DNA of 64,000 bases from Octopus vulgaris. Its lineage: Eukaryota. This document shows, one piece after another, positions 14,871 through 28,566 of this stretch. Position 1 is the first letter of the stretch, and each line of letters opens with the position of its first letter. The notes under the pieces are model-generated. The model saw nothing but the letters and a program-made list of their open reading frames with translations, was not told the DNA's origin and did no database searches. The DNA lies in contig OX597820.1 in NCBI GenBank assembly GCA_951406725.2, positions 1,178,001-1,242,000 on the forward strand, given 5' to 3'. Position numbers and translations under genes: made by a program.

Positions 14871-15030
14871 GGACTTCTTTCAGTTTCTGTCTACCAAATC
14901 CACTCACAAGACTTTGGTCAGCCCAAAGCTATAGCAGAAAACATTTGCCCAAGGTGTCACGCAGTGGGACTGAACCCGGAACCAGATGGTTTGGTAAGCA
15001 AGCTACTTACCACACATCCACTCCTGCACC

Positions 15031-15031
<1 letters not shown>
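14711..15031 (-). mobile_element. Major octopus-type tRNA SINE
   Basis: Same family as 40185-40566. Confidence 0.85.
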
Positions 15032-15061
<30 letters not shown>

Positions 15062-16116
15062 AAGATAGGTGTGTATGAATGTATGTATATATATATATAT
15101 ATATATATTACATGCACACCAATCTTGATAAACTTTATCCATCAGAATGATATCCATGACATAGGATAAGTTTCTATACTGCAAGATAAATATTGGTCCT
15201 AATTGATTTCGTTATAGGTTTAAACTATCGTAGCCAGTGTAGCCGAGAAGCCCAGCATGATATGAAAAATAATATTGGTTACACACGAGGTAATCAAAAA
15301 TAAATCTAAGTTTAGCTTGTTATGGAGATGTTAGTTTTGTCACTTGACAAATGTAAACAACAAAGTGAACCACTTCATCAGAATAAATATGATGAGCTAT
15401 GAGAATTGGATTTATAGTTAAATCAAAGACAATACATGCAAAACTAAAATGATAATATTTATATAAAAAAAGATATATCATTATATTATTTGCTAATTAT
15501 TTTTAGTAAGTAGTAAAAATCTAAGAGTGATTAGTGAAAATAGGTGAATGGAAAATATATATTTTTGTAAAAAAAAATAAAATGTAAAAAAAAAAATTAA
15601 AGAGTAGAACCTGCATAATGGCAATTCCAAATAGCAGATGGTCATAAAAATGAAGTACTAACTGTACATAGCAATGACAGTATTTGTTAAGTTACAATAC
15701 AAATCTCACAGACCAAAAATGATTTACCATTATTTAGTTTAAAAAAAAATTAATAATAATAATAATCATCATAATAATTAATATGCATAATTAATAGGTA
15801 TTCAATCATGTTACTTTTATTATTTATATTTCAGTTTTGTTTGGGTTCTTTTTATTGTATATAATCTTTTTTTTTTACTATTAGGGATTTTGCTTAATTC
15901 TAAATTTTTTATAGAATATATTATTTTTGTTTAAATGTATATCTTAAGTTTTTATGAATCGTCCCTTAATTGGATTAATTTTGACAGGGGACAGAAGAGG
16001 GGTAACATAGGACCATGTAGAGATGAAACTAACATAACATCGATAGGGGGTGGGGGAAATATTTTTGAAATGAATAATCATGATTTCTGGACACAGTTTG
16101 ATCATTAACATGTAAA

Positions 16117-16132
16117 TATATATGTGTGTGTA

Positions 16133-16229
<97 letters not shown>

Positions 16230-16234
16230 GTATG

Positions 16235-16274
<40 letters not shown>

Positions 16275-16620
16275 CATGATATACACATATATATACACAT
16301 ATACATATCTATACATCTAGATATTTTTACATACAAATATATACACATATCTATATACATAAACACATACACACATGCATATATACATATATATATATGT
16401 ATATATTTATATATGGATATATATATATCCATATATAAATATATACATATATTCATGATGACATATATATATATATACACACACATGTACCTACAAATAT
16501 ACATGCATACACTCATATTCCCACAGTACATATATATTTAAATATATACACAAGTATGTATTTATACATGAATACATACATACACACATTTACACATACA
16601 CACACATATACACAGAGACA
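16117..16620. repeat. Compound TA/TG/CA microsatellite field (similar fields near 1472-1612, 26195-26312, 32385-32800, 45810-45980)
   Basis: Direct reading. Confidence 0.95.
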
Positions 16621-17159
16621 CAACACATGTAACATTATTAATGTAGCTAACTTTTATTAAAAAAAAATACATCAACCTTTATTCTGAAAAAAAAAAGGAA
16701 CCAGAAAAGAAAGACAAAAGATCATGCATTGTTTTTTGTTGTTTTTTTTATAATTAAACTATTTCTGTTGCTCTACAACACCAACAAAACAAAGTAAAAC
16801 ACCTCACATTTTACACAGCATAGAAAGGGTGCATCTAACTAAGAGATCAGCGACATAGCTTTCACCTAAGACTGATGTAGAAGTGCAACAAATATAAGGA
16901 AAGGATAGATGGGTGGGTGGGGGGTGTAAGAAGGAAAAAATAATAATATCATAGACTAATATAACTGAATGATGAGTGATGATAAACATTTACAAACTAA
17001 AAAAAAAAAAAGAGTTTTAAAAAATATGTTGTGATATGATAATGGTGTTGTCTAACGAAAATGAAGGAAAAAAAATAATGTAAATCTACCGTGAATAATA
17101 TGATGTATAATGTATGAAATTCTTTGAAAAATTATTGAAAATTAAATCTGGATTCTTAC

Positions 17160-17207
17160 CTCTTCCTGTCTCTTTTTCCTTTCGGCCTCTTCGCGTTCCT
17201 CTTCTTC
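17160..17207 (-). CDS. TnI: Troponin I-like gene, exon EEEEREEAERKKRQEE, phase 0/0
   Basis: ctttgttgtgtag|GAA...GAAGAG|gtaaga; 48 nt; same composition and phase as the upstream charged exons. Confidence 0.7.
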
Positions 17208-19301
17208 CTACACAACAAAGTTTGCAAAACTTTATAGCAATGAACATAAATTCAATGAAGTGAAGAGCATCGATCACTTACCTTTATTTTTAAAGAGTAA
17301 TTTATATACAAACCATATCTTAGAGGTAAGAAAATGTATTTGTCTTTTGTGTCTTTTAGATAGAAAAGTTACTAAAGCAGTGATTACGACAAGATTAAAG
17401 AGAAAAATGTTTAAGGAAATATTAAATACATCTCTGCTGTGAATTTGCTTAGTCTAAAATCAAGGTGTCTAAGTTGTGAGGTATACAATCCAGCCGTTTG
17501 CACAGGCATAAGAATACCCACGTTTGTGAAGACATTGTAGTTAAAAAATGGCACAATTGTACAAACTGTTCACATTTCAAAAGAAGAAAAAAAAAAAACA
17601 TCTGAAGCAAAAAAAAAAGTCTACATAATTATAAATTAAGAAAGAATGTATAGAACTAGATTTAATTATTGAATTAATTATACTAAGGCAGACTTTCAGA
17701 CACTGACATAATTCTCAGCTGTTTTATATAAACCGACTAGAACATACATCTAAATGATTATAATAAACAAACTGAAATCGAACATTTAAATCTGATTAAG
17801 TAATTCTTAATGAAAAAACTATTGACCCCTTCATTAATGAGCCCTTTAAATTGGTTCATTTGCATAATTACGTTGCTCAATGATTATATCCCAAAATCTT
17901 TGATAAATTTAATAATGAGAATTTTCCTGCATTAGTTTTCAGATTAAATATTTTATATTTATTTCAAAGAATGTATTTTAAGTCATGTGACATTCTGAGC
18001 ATCTAAAAATAAAAGCAATAATGTCTGGAGATAATTTAATTTTACCAAAGTCTTCACCAATGGCAGAGGCTTTGGTGCTGAAAATGATACACAACAAAGA
18101 AAATAAGTGATTGTGCCCCCAACCACCATAAACAACAAGAGCATGCTGCATTCCTTGATATCACAAGAGAAACAAACTTTGGACAGCACAAAAAAAAGAT
18201 GAAACAGAACTTTGTTGTTTTGAAAATATCTTCATTAACTGTTAACAAAACTTAAAACATTAATAAGTGTAAAATAGTTTAATAATTAGCTGTTTTTCTA
18301 ATATTTATTTACAACATAAGATAAACTAATAAATATTTACATCAATTTATTTCCCCATCAAATTTACAAAAACTTTTTGTTAATCTTTTAAATGTTGGAC
18401 AAGAACTACAATAAATTCCACTATTTTTGTCATCCCCATTTAATATCTGTTTTCCAAGCTTGCATGGATTGGATGGTTTGACAGGAGTTAGCCAGGGGAC
18501 TGTTCCAAGCCCCAGCGTCTGTTTTCACATTGTTCCTACAGCTTGATGCCTTTCCTAACACCAATATATATTTTAGTATTTAAACAAAGACTACAGAATA
18601 AAATAGTTCAGTTAAACCACAGTTGACGATGCCACCAATTAAAGACAAATTGGCTATTCTCATTGTTTTGGGTTAGATTAACAATTAGAATAAAATAATT
18701 GTTTTATTCCAAAGAGTAAAATTACTTCATTAAAATGAATTATTCTGGAATAATGATCATTCAATTTAATTCATTAATCTGTTTCTTTTATTTTATTTGC
18801 TATCTTTTTATACTCGCAATTTATAAATGTTAGCAGTAAGTTTCAGATAAATAAGTTGATGGAATATTAAACTATTACGTTCCAAAGAGATGGTCTTTCT
18901 CTCATCATTAATGCAACAATCTGACTTCAGGTGGTGCTAAGTTCAAGACTACTTCTAGTTTTGGAGTTTGGACAAGGCAATTGGAATAAATTCTTGTGCA
19001 TTCTAGATTCTTTATCTCCAGAGTCAACAGAATTTTCTGCCTATTTCGTAAATGTGTATTCAAGACTGAATTATCCAATGTGTTCTTCCTTTTTCAAGAT
19101 GATATGATATAATTTGAAAGCAAATTAATTGCTATTTCTAGCAAGCCATGTAACCACATAGAGGCTCCTCTAAGGGTTCAACGTCATCTAATTTCTACCT
19201 GCATCCAGATAGAAAGAAATGCTTCTTGCAGCTCTTTAATCCTTTTTACATTCCTTTTCACTTTTCTAAATTGCATGACTGATAAATTCCAGGTTCACAT
19301 T

Positions 19302-19363
<62 letters not shown>

Positions 19364-20174
19364 CAGGGTGAGTTAAATACATGAAGACAGCAAAACCAAT
19401 ACATTCCCGTTTATATTCTACTGATGTGTTTCTGGTCGGTCATTGAACTCAAACTAGAACTTTCTGTTGAAAAGCTGCCAACCTGCAGCAAGCTACCTTA
19501 TTTGCTGTCAATTCAAACTGACGACATTCCAATCTGGTATTTTCAAAAGATGTCTATTTCTTGCTTCTAATTCTGTCCTTCTATGTTTCTTTATGATTCT
19601 TCTGGTGTACATCTCAGATTACCCTTTTGATACCAACCCACTTGAGGCCATCTCTACGCCTGAATACAAACAAAAGTCGCTCACCCTAAAATGTTGATAT
19701 TTAAATTAAAACCTTCCTCGACAATTTTAACATAATAACTTTTTGCAATGTTCCAAGCAACAGCTTAATATTATCATTATTATTCTTACTGCTCAAAAAA
19801 TGTCAACAGAAGGAATATTTTGTATGTATATTTAATAAGACATGTTTTCAAAACAACAGTATAACATGTTTCATCCTTAGGAGAGAGATTATATATGCTT
19901 TGTTTTACATTTTGAATAACCTCTTTGCTCTTTGCAAAACCAAAGATATACAGAGTTGGCCAAAAGTTACCCAACAGTAAATCAAAATTCCATAAATATT
20001 CTCTGTAATTCTGTATTGACTTGAATGGAAGAATGTGTTGCTCAAGAAGGACTTCAGTTTGAACAATTTTCATAATGTTTCATATTTAGATGCTTTTATT
20101 CAATTCATTCACATAAATAAATCTTGGAATTAAATGGTTTTGGTTTACTGTCAGGTGGTTTCTGGCCAACCCTC

Positions 20175-20228
<54 letters not shown>

Positions 20229-20284
20229 TTTATAAATTTGTGTTGAAAGATTCCTGATGTGAAGACATGTGTTGAAATAGATAT

Positions 20285-20562
20285 TGTTGTATTTTGGGAT
20301 GGTCATTTTTTTTTCATCAAATAAACACACACACACTATATATTCGTTCTTCACTCATTTATTACACATCTTTTGTCATACATCTGTGACAAGAACACAC
20401 ATGAAGATGGAAAGTGTCATTGAAGAGGTCACAGATGGGTGACAAATGATTTCTGGATAATGGACATGAGTTAGAATAAGAACAGTAATGAGTGAAGAAT
20501 GAATATACAGTGTGTGTGTTTAATGGGCAAAAAAAAAATGACCATCCTGAAATACAATACTA
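20285..20562. repeat. Palindromic element between (TA)n tracts
   Basis: ttgtattttgggatggtcattt...ttcttcactcatt mirrored by aatgagtgaagaa...aaatgaccatcctgaaatacaa. Confidence 0.8.
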
Positions 20563-20579
20563 TATATATATATATATAT

Positions 20580-21265
20580 CACCTTCACCTTGATCACCTT
20601 GACCAACCAGTCCGTCAGGCGTCCATTTGACACCGCTGGTCACAGCACGCTGTCCACTCCTCTCTGGATCGCGCCTTTCTCATCCACGTGATCCCAATTG
20701 TCCTCCTAAAATCGTAACTCCACCGTCGTGGAGGCCTTCCAGGTAGTCGTTTCTGCTCGCGTGGGTACCACTCGACAACTGCGTGGGTTCACCGATTATC
20801 AGTGAGCCGGGCGATGTGTCCAGCTCATCTAAACTTGTTGCGTGTATACTCTGCGATTACATCCCTCATGCCGGACTTCTTTCCGATGATCTTGCTACTG
20901 ATGTGCTCTCTCAACGAGATACCAAGCATTGACCTTTCCATGGCTCTTTGAGCCGTTACCAGTCTCTGCTCTTCTCTCTTTGTGGTAGCCCATGTTTCAC
21001 TACCATACAACATTGCAGGTAGAACTGTACTGTTGATGAGGTTGGCACGGGTGGTCCTGTTCAACCTTCCCTTGAGCACATCCCTTATGCCATTAAGACC
21101 ACCTTGAATATTCCCTTCTCAGCTGAGTGATTCGTCAGCAACTAAAGAAAGACTTTGAGGCATACTGGATGGAGAAGCTCTTGAAGGCCGCAGAGGAAAA
21201 GAAGAGCCTCAAGAAATGCAAGAGGGACATGGTACTATATAGATCGAAGGTGACGGCCCTGAAGA

Positions 21266-21268
<3 letters not shown>
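20580..21268 (-). mobile_element. RTE-clade LINE, 3' end with an inverted 5' segment, in (TA)n
   Basis: Minus-strand STVLPAMLYGSETWATTKREEQRLVTAQRAMERSMLGISLREH...GRPPRRW is the typical RTE post-RT C-terminus; CAAGGTGA(T) tail repeats; about 21100-21268 reads on plus as EKLLKAAEEKKSLKKCKRDM..TALKN. Confidence 0.85.
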
Positions 21269-21298
<30 letters not shown>

Positions 21299-21357
21299 TA
21301 TATAGATAAATAGATAGATACATACACAGATAGATATACATACATATACATACATAC

Positions 21358-21390
<33 letters not shown>

Positions 21391-21429
21391 TGCATACACA
21401 AATACTTAATTGCATTGAATGGATGGAAA

Positions 21430-21636
21430 AGGAGGGCCTAATACATGTTTTAGAGAATATGGTTTATCAAAACGGAATCTTTAGTGTGTGACTTGACTTT
21501 CACACCACTCTGGTGATCTTCAGGCAAAAACACTACTGGCATCTGGAGATGACGATGGTGTGAAACTGAAGCTGCAATATAAACATTCACCTTCGATAAA
21601 CTATATCCTTTCATTCAACATGTATAAAGCCTCCCA
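21430..21636. repeat. Degenerate palindromic element with hammerhead-like cores on both arms
   Basis: ggagggcctaatacatgtt / aacatgtataaagcctcc arms; CTGAAGA-TCACCA-GAG-TGGTGT-GAAA on minus (about 21495-21525) and CTGGAGA..TGGTGT-GAAAC on plus. Confidence 0.55.
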
Positions 21637-21724
21637 GATACAGTGGAATTTGTAAATAAAATAAAATACAGATTGAATAGGTTTTGCAATTTTATTACAA
21701 TGAGTCTATGTATAACATTTTATG

Positions 21725-21780
<56 letters not shown>

Positions 21781-21878
21781 TTATGAGAGGTAATGGTGTC
21801 ATTGAGACCCAAAGGTGTCAGGTAATGCTGAGTAAGTGCTATAGATGCGGTCCATCTATAGCACTTATATATATATAT

Positions 21879-22250
21879 TCTTTTACTTGTTTCAGTCATT
21901 TGACTGTGGCAATGCTGGAGCAGCGCCTTTACTCAAGCAAACTGACCCCAGGACTTATTCTTTGTAAGCCTAGTACTTATTCTATCAGTCTATTTTGCCG
22001 AAGCGCTAAATTACGGGGACACACACACACATATATATACAACGGGCTTCTTTCAGTTTCCGTCTACCAAATCCCCTGACAAGGCTTTGCTGGTGTGTTT
22101 ATGCCCCCGTAACTTAGCAGTTCACCAAAAGAGACCGATAGAATAAGTACTAGGCTTACAAAGAATAAGTCCTGGGGTCGATTTTCTCGACTAAAGGTGG
22201 TGCTCCAGCATGGCCACAGTCACATGACTGGAACAAGTAAAAGAGTAAAG
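21879..22250. mobile_element. Inverted pair of major SINE 3' halves
   Basis: About 21879-22020 is the reverse complement of 22104-22244. Confidence 0.9.
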
Positions 22251-22368
22251 AGTAACAATACAAATTCCATTGTAGTTATGAAAGAAAATTAATGAATTCT
22301 CCCTGTAAATGGGAGAAAAAAGGAAAAAGAAAAAGAAAAAGGACATTGAATGAAAATGCACAACTTAC

Positions 22369-23457
22369 TTTCTTTCCACTTTGCCAATGAATAACACAAT
22401 GAGCAGACGATACAGTTTGGCCTTTGACCTCATCCCCACTGTCATCATCATCATCATCATCATCATCATTGCTTTGGTGTTGGTTAGTAGAAGGTACAAA
22501 AGATGTATATGAAAGATTTTGATCTTTAACAGCATGCAGGTTAGTAAGTAAAGAGCTTCTGGTTTCCGGTACATGTCCGTTATGATATGAGTGATGAGGA
22601 ATAATCAGTTCGTTATTTTCTTGAGATTTAGGGATTACTTTACAAGTGGATGTTCCGTCTTTTAATCGAGTATTTTCTGGTGTCTGTAAAAAAACTTGCA
22701 CAACAGCTGTTTCACTAATTACATCTTTTCTTAAATTTTGGCCTGACACACCTGTTGCATCTTTCGAAGGTGGTTTGTAAATCTTCTGAGCTAATGCTGA
22801 TGATATGCTTTCTCTAGCAGTTTGTTTGAGATCAACTTCTGGGGGCCATCTCCCTCGCACGTCCGTTTTGTAATCTAGGCGCTGTGTAATGGAACCATTT
22901 CCATTTACACCTGATGACCAACTTGTCAATTTTTCTGGACGCTTTGCCATAGAAATCTGTGCCGTTTGAGCATGAGGCCATCGTTTGACCACACTTTTCT
23001 GGCTAACAAGAACAGCTGGCTTTGTGTCAGGTTCACAATGTGGGGAAGAATCAGTCTCAGAATCATCGTGGCGTTTGGAAATATCATGCACCTTGGTAGC
23101 TTTTTCTGGTGGCCATTTATTGCAAACTTTGACTGTCTTTTCTCTTACTCTCAGACCAGAATTATTGTTGTTGTTATTATTCTTTGTGATTATATTGTTG
23201 TTGTTGTTATAATAACGATTATTATCATTATTAATATTATCATTATTACTATTATTATAGGAGGAATTTTTATTTTTAGAATTAGTAAGATCTTCGAGAA
23301 TGGAAGGGTTTTTAACTCCACTTTCAGTCGACAGTTTATTGTGATGGGATTGAATCTTAGTTTTGCTTAAGGAACTTTCTAGTTTGGATTTATAGTCTTT
23401 TATTGAATCACTGTTAATTAGGGTTCGTGATGGCACTTTAAAGGAAGAAATTAAACC
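22369..23457 (-). CDS. Large coding exon, 363 aa, disordered, with poly-N and poly-D tracts and NKWPP/KRWPH/GRWPP motifs
   Basis: Overlaps the longest ORF in the window (22276..23436); ttactttccccag|GGT...AAGAAA|gtaagt; 1089 nt, phase 0/0. Confidence 0.85.
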
Positions 23458-24924
23458 CTGGGGAAAGTAAATTAAGAATACAATATTACAATAATAATAA
23501 TAATATTGGACTTATAAAAAATACAGGTAGATAGAAAGAGTATTGTCTAAAATACTGAAATACATTAATAGGGGATGAAATCATGGACATAATCTAAATA
23601 TTTAACATAGCGACAGTAGTTGAGGTTTTATGCTCTAAACAACCATAACTATGGAGTTGAAATCTTTAACCTAATAAATGAATGTGGGGAAGATCTGTAA
23701 ATTTAGGCATCAAAATAAGAACATTTATAAAGCATGGAATTTACAGAACTTTCTAGTAATAATCATTGTTTCAAATTTTGGCACAAGGCTAGTAATTTTG
23801 AGGGGAGGGGTCAGTCAATTGCATTGACTGCAGACATTATTCTGCTTGTCATGACATGTGTTTGAGTGTTAGACTTTGAATAATTGTTTCCATAGAACAA
23901 AAACCAAAGACATAATCGTAACTTTTAATATAATGAAACAATATTTTGAAGATCTGTATTTTTAGGCCTCAAAACAGAAATAAGAACATCCCCAATAATA
24001 ATAATAATAATTATAATTATATTAATAATAATAATAATAATAATAGTTGTTGCTGTTGTACTTTATTTTATTGACCCCCCCCCCCCCAAATGATGAAAGA
24101 CCAAATTGACTTCAGCAGGATTCAAAATTTGAAGAAAGATTCCTACCAAATTTTGCAAAGACTCATTGACAACACTCCAAGAACCATTAGTCTTTTCCTG
24201 AGGCTCAGCACCTTATTCAAAGATGCAGCTAATTTCAATTTGCAGAAAATTAAACAGAAATTAACTTAATAACTATTGAAAATTTTCCATAGATATAAAT
24301 ACAGAATTTTTTTTATTTCAGTATATACAATAATCCATTGAGCTCGTTGGCATTATCCTTGATTCAAGCTGCCATTATGTGACTAACAGCTAAATCCCAC
24401 CTATACCTTGAAAAGTACAGATACTGAATAGATTAACATCCTTCAAGTACTGTTAGCTTTTTTAACTGCTGGAAACATCAGCTAAATCAAGATAAGGGAT
24501 CAGCTCAAAATGAAGTCCAACTCTAACAGCAGCAAATGTATCCAAGCATTTATAACAACAACAACATTTTACCACTTAATCTGCTTCGACACAGCATCTC
24601 TGATAACAAATAATTTGTAGTGGAGTTGATATAATCAACTGGACCAATTCCAGAGTGATATTGGCATGAAACTGCAAGAAATCTTCTATGTATTCACTTG
24701 ACTTGTTTAATCTAACAGCAAACCCAGGTAAAAAAAAAAATCTTTTTATCTCTAGAATGGAAACCATATTTAGTCGAGACCTTGCCAAATGTGACACTCA
24801 CTTAAATTCACATTTTACTGACAAGAAATGTGAAGAACAAAAGTCAACCCAGAAAGCACCAAACCAAAGAAATATTATAAAACACCTGGTTTTGTCATTT
24901 AGGGGCACGTCTCTAAAACTATAG

Positions 24925-25115
24925 GTACAAGGCCAGCAGCTTTGAGGAGGGGGGGGTGATTTTGCTGCCTTCTGTGCTCAACTGATGCTTATTTTATCAA
25001 CCCTGGAAGGATGAAAGGCAAAGTCAACCTTAGCAGAATCTGAACAGAGAACATAAAGCAGGAAGAAATGCTGCCAAGCATTTTCTCTGGCACACCAGGG
25101 ATTCTATGCGTTCAT
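24925..25115 (-). mobile_element. Nin-like tRNA SINE (other minus copies near 565-712, 27493-27680, 48120-48260; partial plus copy near 42818-42965)
   Basis: Reverse complement of family motif: aaggatgaaaggcaaagtcaacct. Confidence 0.7.
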
Positions 25116-25302
25116 TGCTGTTTTTGCATTATTCTAAATCGATAAATCTGTAACAGTACAAATAAATAAAATCAATAAAAAACTTAAAAGCTTCGCAATT
25201 TTCTTGAAATTAAAAAAAATAACTCTACTCAATTCTGAAGGATTTGCTATTTTATGTTCTTTACAATGAATAAAATCGAACAAATGCCTCAAGGATGCTT
25301 AC

Positions 25303-25368
25303 ATTTTCTTGAAGATTTATATTTCTTTTACCAAATTCTTTTGGTTCTTGTTTACTCACAGCTTCAAA
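25303..25368 (-). CDS. Coding exon, 22 aa (FEAVSKQEPKEFGKRNINLQEN)
   Basis: tttttcctcgtacag|TTT...GAAAAT|gtaagc; 66 nt open, phase 0/0. Confidence 0.78.
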
Positions 25369-26191
25369 CTGTACGAGGAAAAATGTTTAGTTCTTGTTAA
25401 GACAGAAAGTAAGAGAGATCTACTTTTGCTCTAAATGTTCAATATCTAACATCTTGATTCAGTTAGTAATTTAATAGGGTGGAGAAAACTATTTCTAAAA
25501 AAGCAAGAGAGAAAAAAACTTAATAATGTTTCCTTTCCATTTTTTTAACGTCCATTTTTCATGTTCCCTGCCTTTTTCATTTTTCTTTTACTTTATTTAT
25601 TTAGATATTTGTACATAGATTGTTGCAAAAACTATCTTTCAAGCTGAACGCCTTTCCAACTACTAACCACCCAACCATGAACTGAAGCCTATTTTACCTG
25701 TGAGGATGGATGAGGTAAGTAATACAATCTACCTTGAATAACACAAATGACTCGTCCAAGGATTGAACTCACTAACACCGAAGCAGTGACGCTCGAGGAA
25801 ATTCTAATGGTAAGAGTTACACATTGAATACATGAATAAACACAATACTAATGAAGCATATGCATGGCTAAGATATCTGCGTATTTTATAGTTTTCCGTT
25901 TGTTACATTATGATATAGATAAGAAAAGGAAAACAGTGTTAGATTACATAGTGAAAGAGATAGGTGGAGCCAATATCTAGCAAACAGCAGGATGAAAATA
26001 GCAAGTTCTGTAAACATTCTGTAAGCTACTAAGATAGATTTAACAGCAGGGTATTATTTGCCAGCCCAAAATAGCCGGACAATAAATGAGTCGAAATATT
26101 TTAGCTGAAAATACCATTACATAATTTAATCACGATATCTCTTAACACAATCACTTGAAAACTAATCATTTGTTTCCTTTCTTCAATATGC

Positions 26192-26245
<54 letters not shown>

Positions 26246-26999
26246 CATATATATACATATATATATATATATACATATATATATACATATATATACATAT
26301 ATATATATATATAAATATATATTTGTTTTTTGTTTATTTGATCTAAACATAAGGAAAATAGTTTTGATTTTGTTCCTTTTTAACTGCTTCTTAGAAATTT
26401 TATAAATTAACTTGGAAGATGCCAAAAATGAACAAAATCATACAAACACACACAGATGCATATTCATTATATGTATTGTGTGTATGTATTGTGTGAGTGT
26501 GAGTGTGTGCATACACAAAACACAGCATGTGTTTAAAATCTAAAACAAATTTAAAGTAATCAAGCTACAGATGTTTTAAAGCCTTTACATTGAAACTTTC
26601 CATGCATATATTTACATCTGTTTAAAGTTTCACTGTGAGGTATAAAAATAACTGAGGTTCAACTAATTCAAGTTTATTTTAGGTATAGGTGTGTATATGT
26701 GAAAACATATATATACACATATATTCATGTCTATACAAATATACATGAATCTGAGATAACTTTATAGCTAATTTTCTAGAGTTTTATGCATATATCAGAT
26801 AATTGTACATAAACTGTTGGATGAAATATTTAAATATTTTCTTCATATCTGGATGATAACCCATTTTCTTGTGCTAACAATTAAACTTTAAACTGACTTG
26901 TCTGAGACAAGAAGAATTCCATAACAGTTGGTGAGGGAGATGAACTACAAAAAGTTTTCCTTTCCAAAAAGATTAAATCTGGACATTTATTGTTCTTAC

Positions 27000-27077
27000 T
27001 TTCTTTTGTATATCCTTCAAGTTTGAACCTCTGTTAGGAATAAGATTCTTCTCAGGAGAGCCATGCCTTTTATTTGT
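27000..27077 (-). CDS. Coding exon, 26 aa (TNKRHGSPEKNLIPNRGSNLKDIQKK)
   Basis: aatttaattttag|ACA...AAGAAA|gtaaga; 78 nt open, phase 0/0; joined to the next exon it reads LKDIQKKFE. Confidence 0.75.
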
Positions 27078-27136
27078 CTAAAATTAAATTTTGGTTATTA
27101 TCATCAGCCATATATAGAAAACTGTTCTTAACAATA

Positions 27137-27196
27137 GTAATAATGTTGATATTAGAGATAATAATGTTGATATTAGAGATAATAATGTTGATATTG
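27137..27196. repeat. 21-bp tandem repeat (taataatgttgatattagaga) about x3
   Basis: Direct reading; about 60 nt upstream of the 27077 acceptor. Confidence 0.85.
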
Positions 27197-28032
27197 AATA
27201 GTAATTTTCATTGATTACAATGTCATTATAATATAACTAACATAGCCAAGAAGTTTGAGAATGGGGACAATCAGGTACATTTCTCCCTCAATATTCAGCT
27301 GGTTACTATTTTTCTGACCTCATGAGGTTAAAAAGTAAAGCTGAACCTCAAAACATATGGATTCAGATTGTAGAGGGTCCTGTAACTAAACAACATGATG
27401 AGGCATTTTGTCAGAAACTCATCACCCAATGACAATAATAATGATAATAATAATAATAATAATGATAATAATAATAATAATAATAATAATAATGGTTTCA
27501 AATTTTGACACAGAACCAGCAGTTTTTGAGAGGAGGGGTAAGTCTGTTACATTGACCCCATACTTGACGAATGGCGAAGTTGACCTCGGTGGAAGCAGAG
27601 ACCAGAAAGTAAAAACTATCATAAATTGCTACTAAGCAATTTGTCTGGTATGCTAATGAGTCTACCAGCTCGCCACCTTAATAATAATAATAATAATAAT
27701 AATAGTGATTTCTACTTTTGGTAGGAGACCACAAATTCTGTACAGTGGGTACAATCAATTAAATTAACCCAGGTACATATTTTATCCCTTTTGAAAGATT
27801 AAAAAACAAGGCAAACCTTGTTGGGAAGCGAAGGGATGTAACTAAATACTAAAAGACATTTCATCTAACATTCCACTAATTCTGGCAATTTATCATCCAA
27901 GACGTGAATGCCTACATTTCTTACAAAAATATTTTAATTGATTGATAGCATTGAAATTTGTTAAAAAAAATTTGGAATAATTATTTGAGTTGCTAGTTTT
28001 AGAGAGAATTCCATAGACTAAGTTGTTCCTAC

Positions 28033-28137
28033 CTGGTAATCTGGTTGTTTTGGATCTTTCAACCATGGAACCGGTTCCAAATGATTGGTATGAACACTAA
28101 GAAAACTAAATTTACCAGAGTCAGGTGAAGTGGATTC
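28033..28137 (-). CDS. Coding exon, 35 aa (ESTSPDSGKFSFLSVHTNHLEPVPWLKDPKQPDYQ)
   Basis: ctcttctttag|GAA...TACCAG|gtagga; 105 nt open, phase 0/0. Confidence 0.75.
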
Positions 28138-28522
28138 CTAAAGAAGAGATAGTCAACTCTTTTAATGAAGCTGATTAAAGAATTTCGCTTGGATGGTGAT
28201 ACTCACCTGCTAGAACTAATGTAATCAATGCAGTTCATAATTAAGAAAATAAATTAGAATAATTAATCAAATAGTAAAAAACGTTTCAGTCATTGTACTG
28301 TGCAGCCATACTGGAGCACTGCCTCATAGAGCGAGCTGGACCAAACAACAGCAGTACAGGTTTTAAGTCATTCTTATTGTATTTATTTCATTTGCTGGAT
28401 CATGAAGCTACAGAAATACAAACAAACCAACAGTGGTTTGTCAAGGGATGGGGTAGGGGTGAGGCAAACAGAAATGAACACATATATACACACAAGTATG
28501 TATATGTCTGTGTATGTATGTA

Positions 28523-28566
<44 letters not shown>

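Noticed and set aside
16029-16541. [12 protein letters not shown] ORFs here and throughout the window
   Set aside because: Dinucleotide microsatellite artefacts
18003-18012. MEF2 consensus CTAAAAATAA upstream of the putative internal first exon
   Set aside because: Expected often by chance at this AT content
19467-19660. Exon-like purine-rich stretch on the minus strand
   Set aside because: Stop at the second codon in the required phase and early stops in the other frames
25303-25368. EFGKR as a neuropeptide amidation and cleavage signal
   Set aside because: Single occurrence, no repeated peptides; context looks like an intracellular disordered protein
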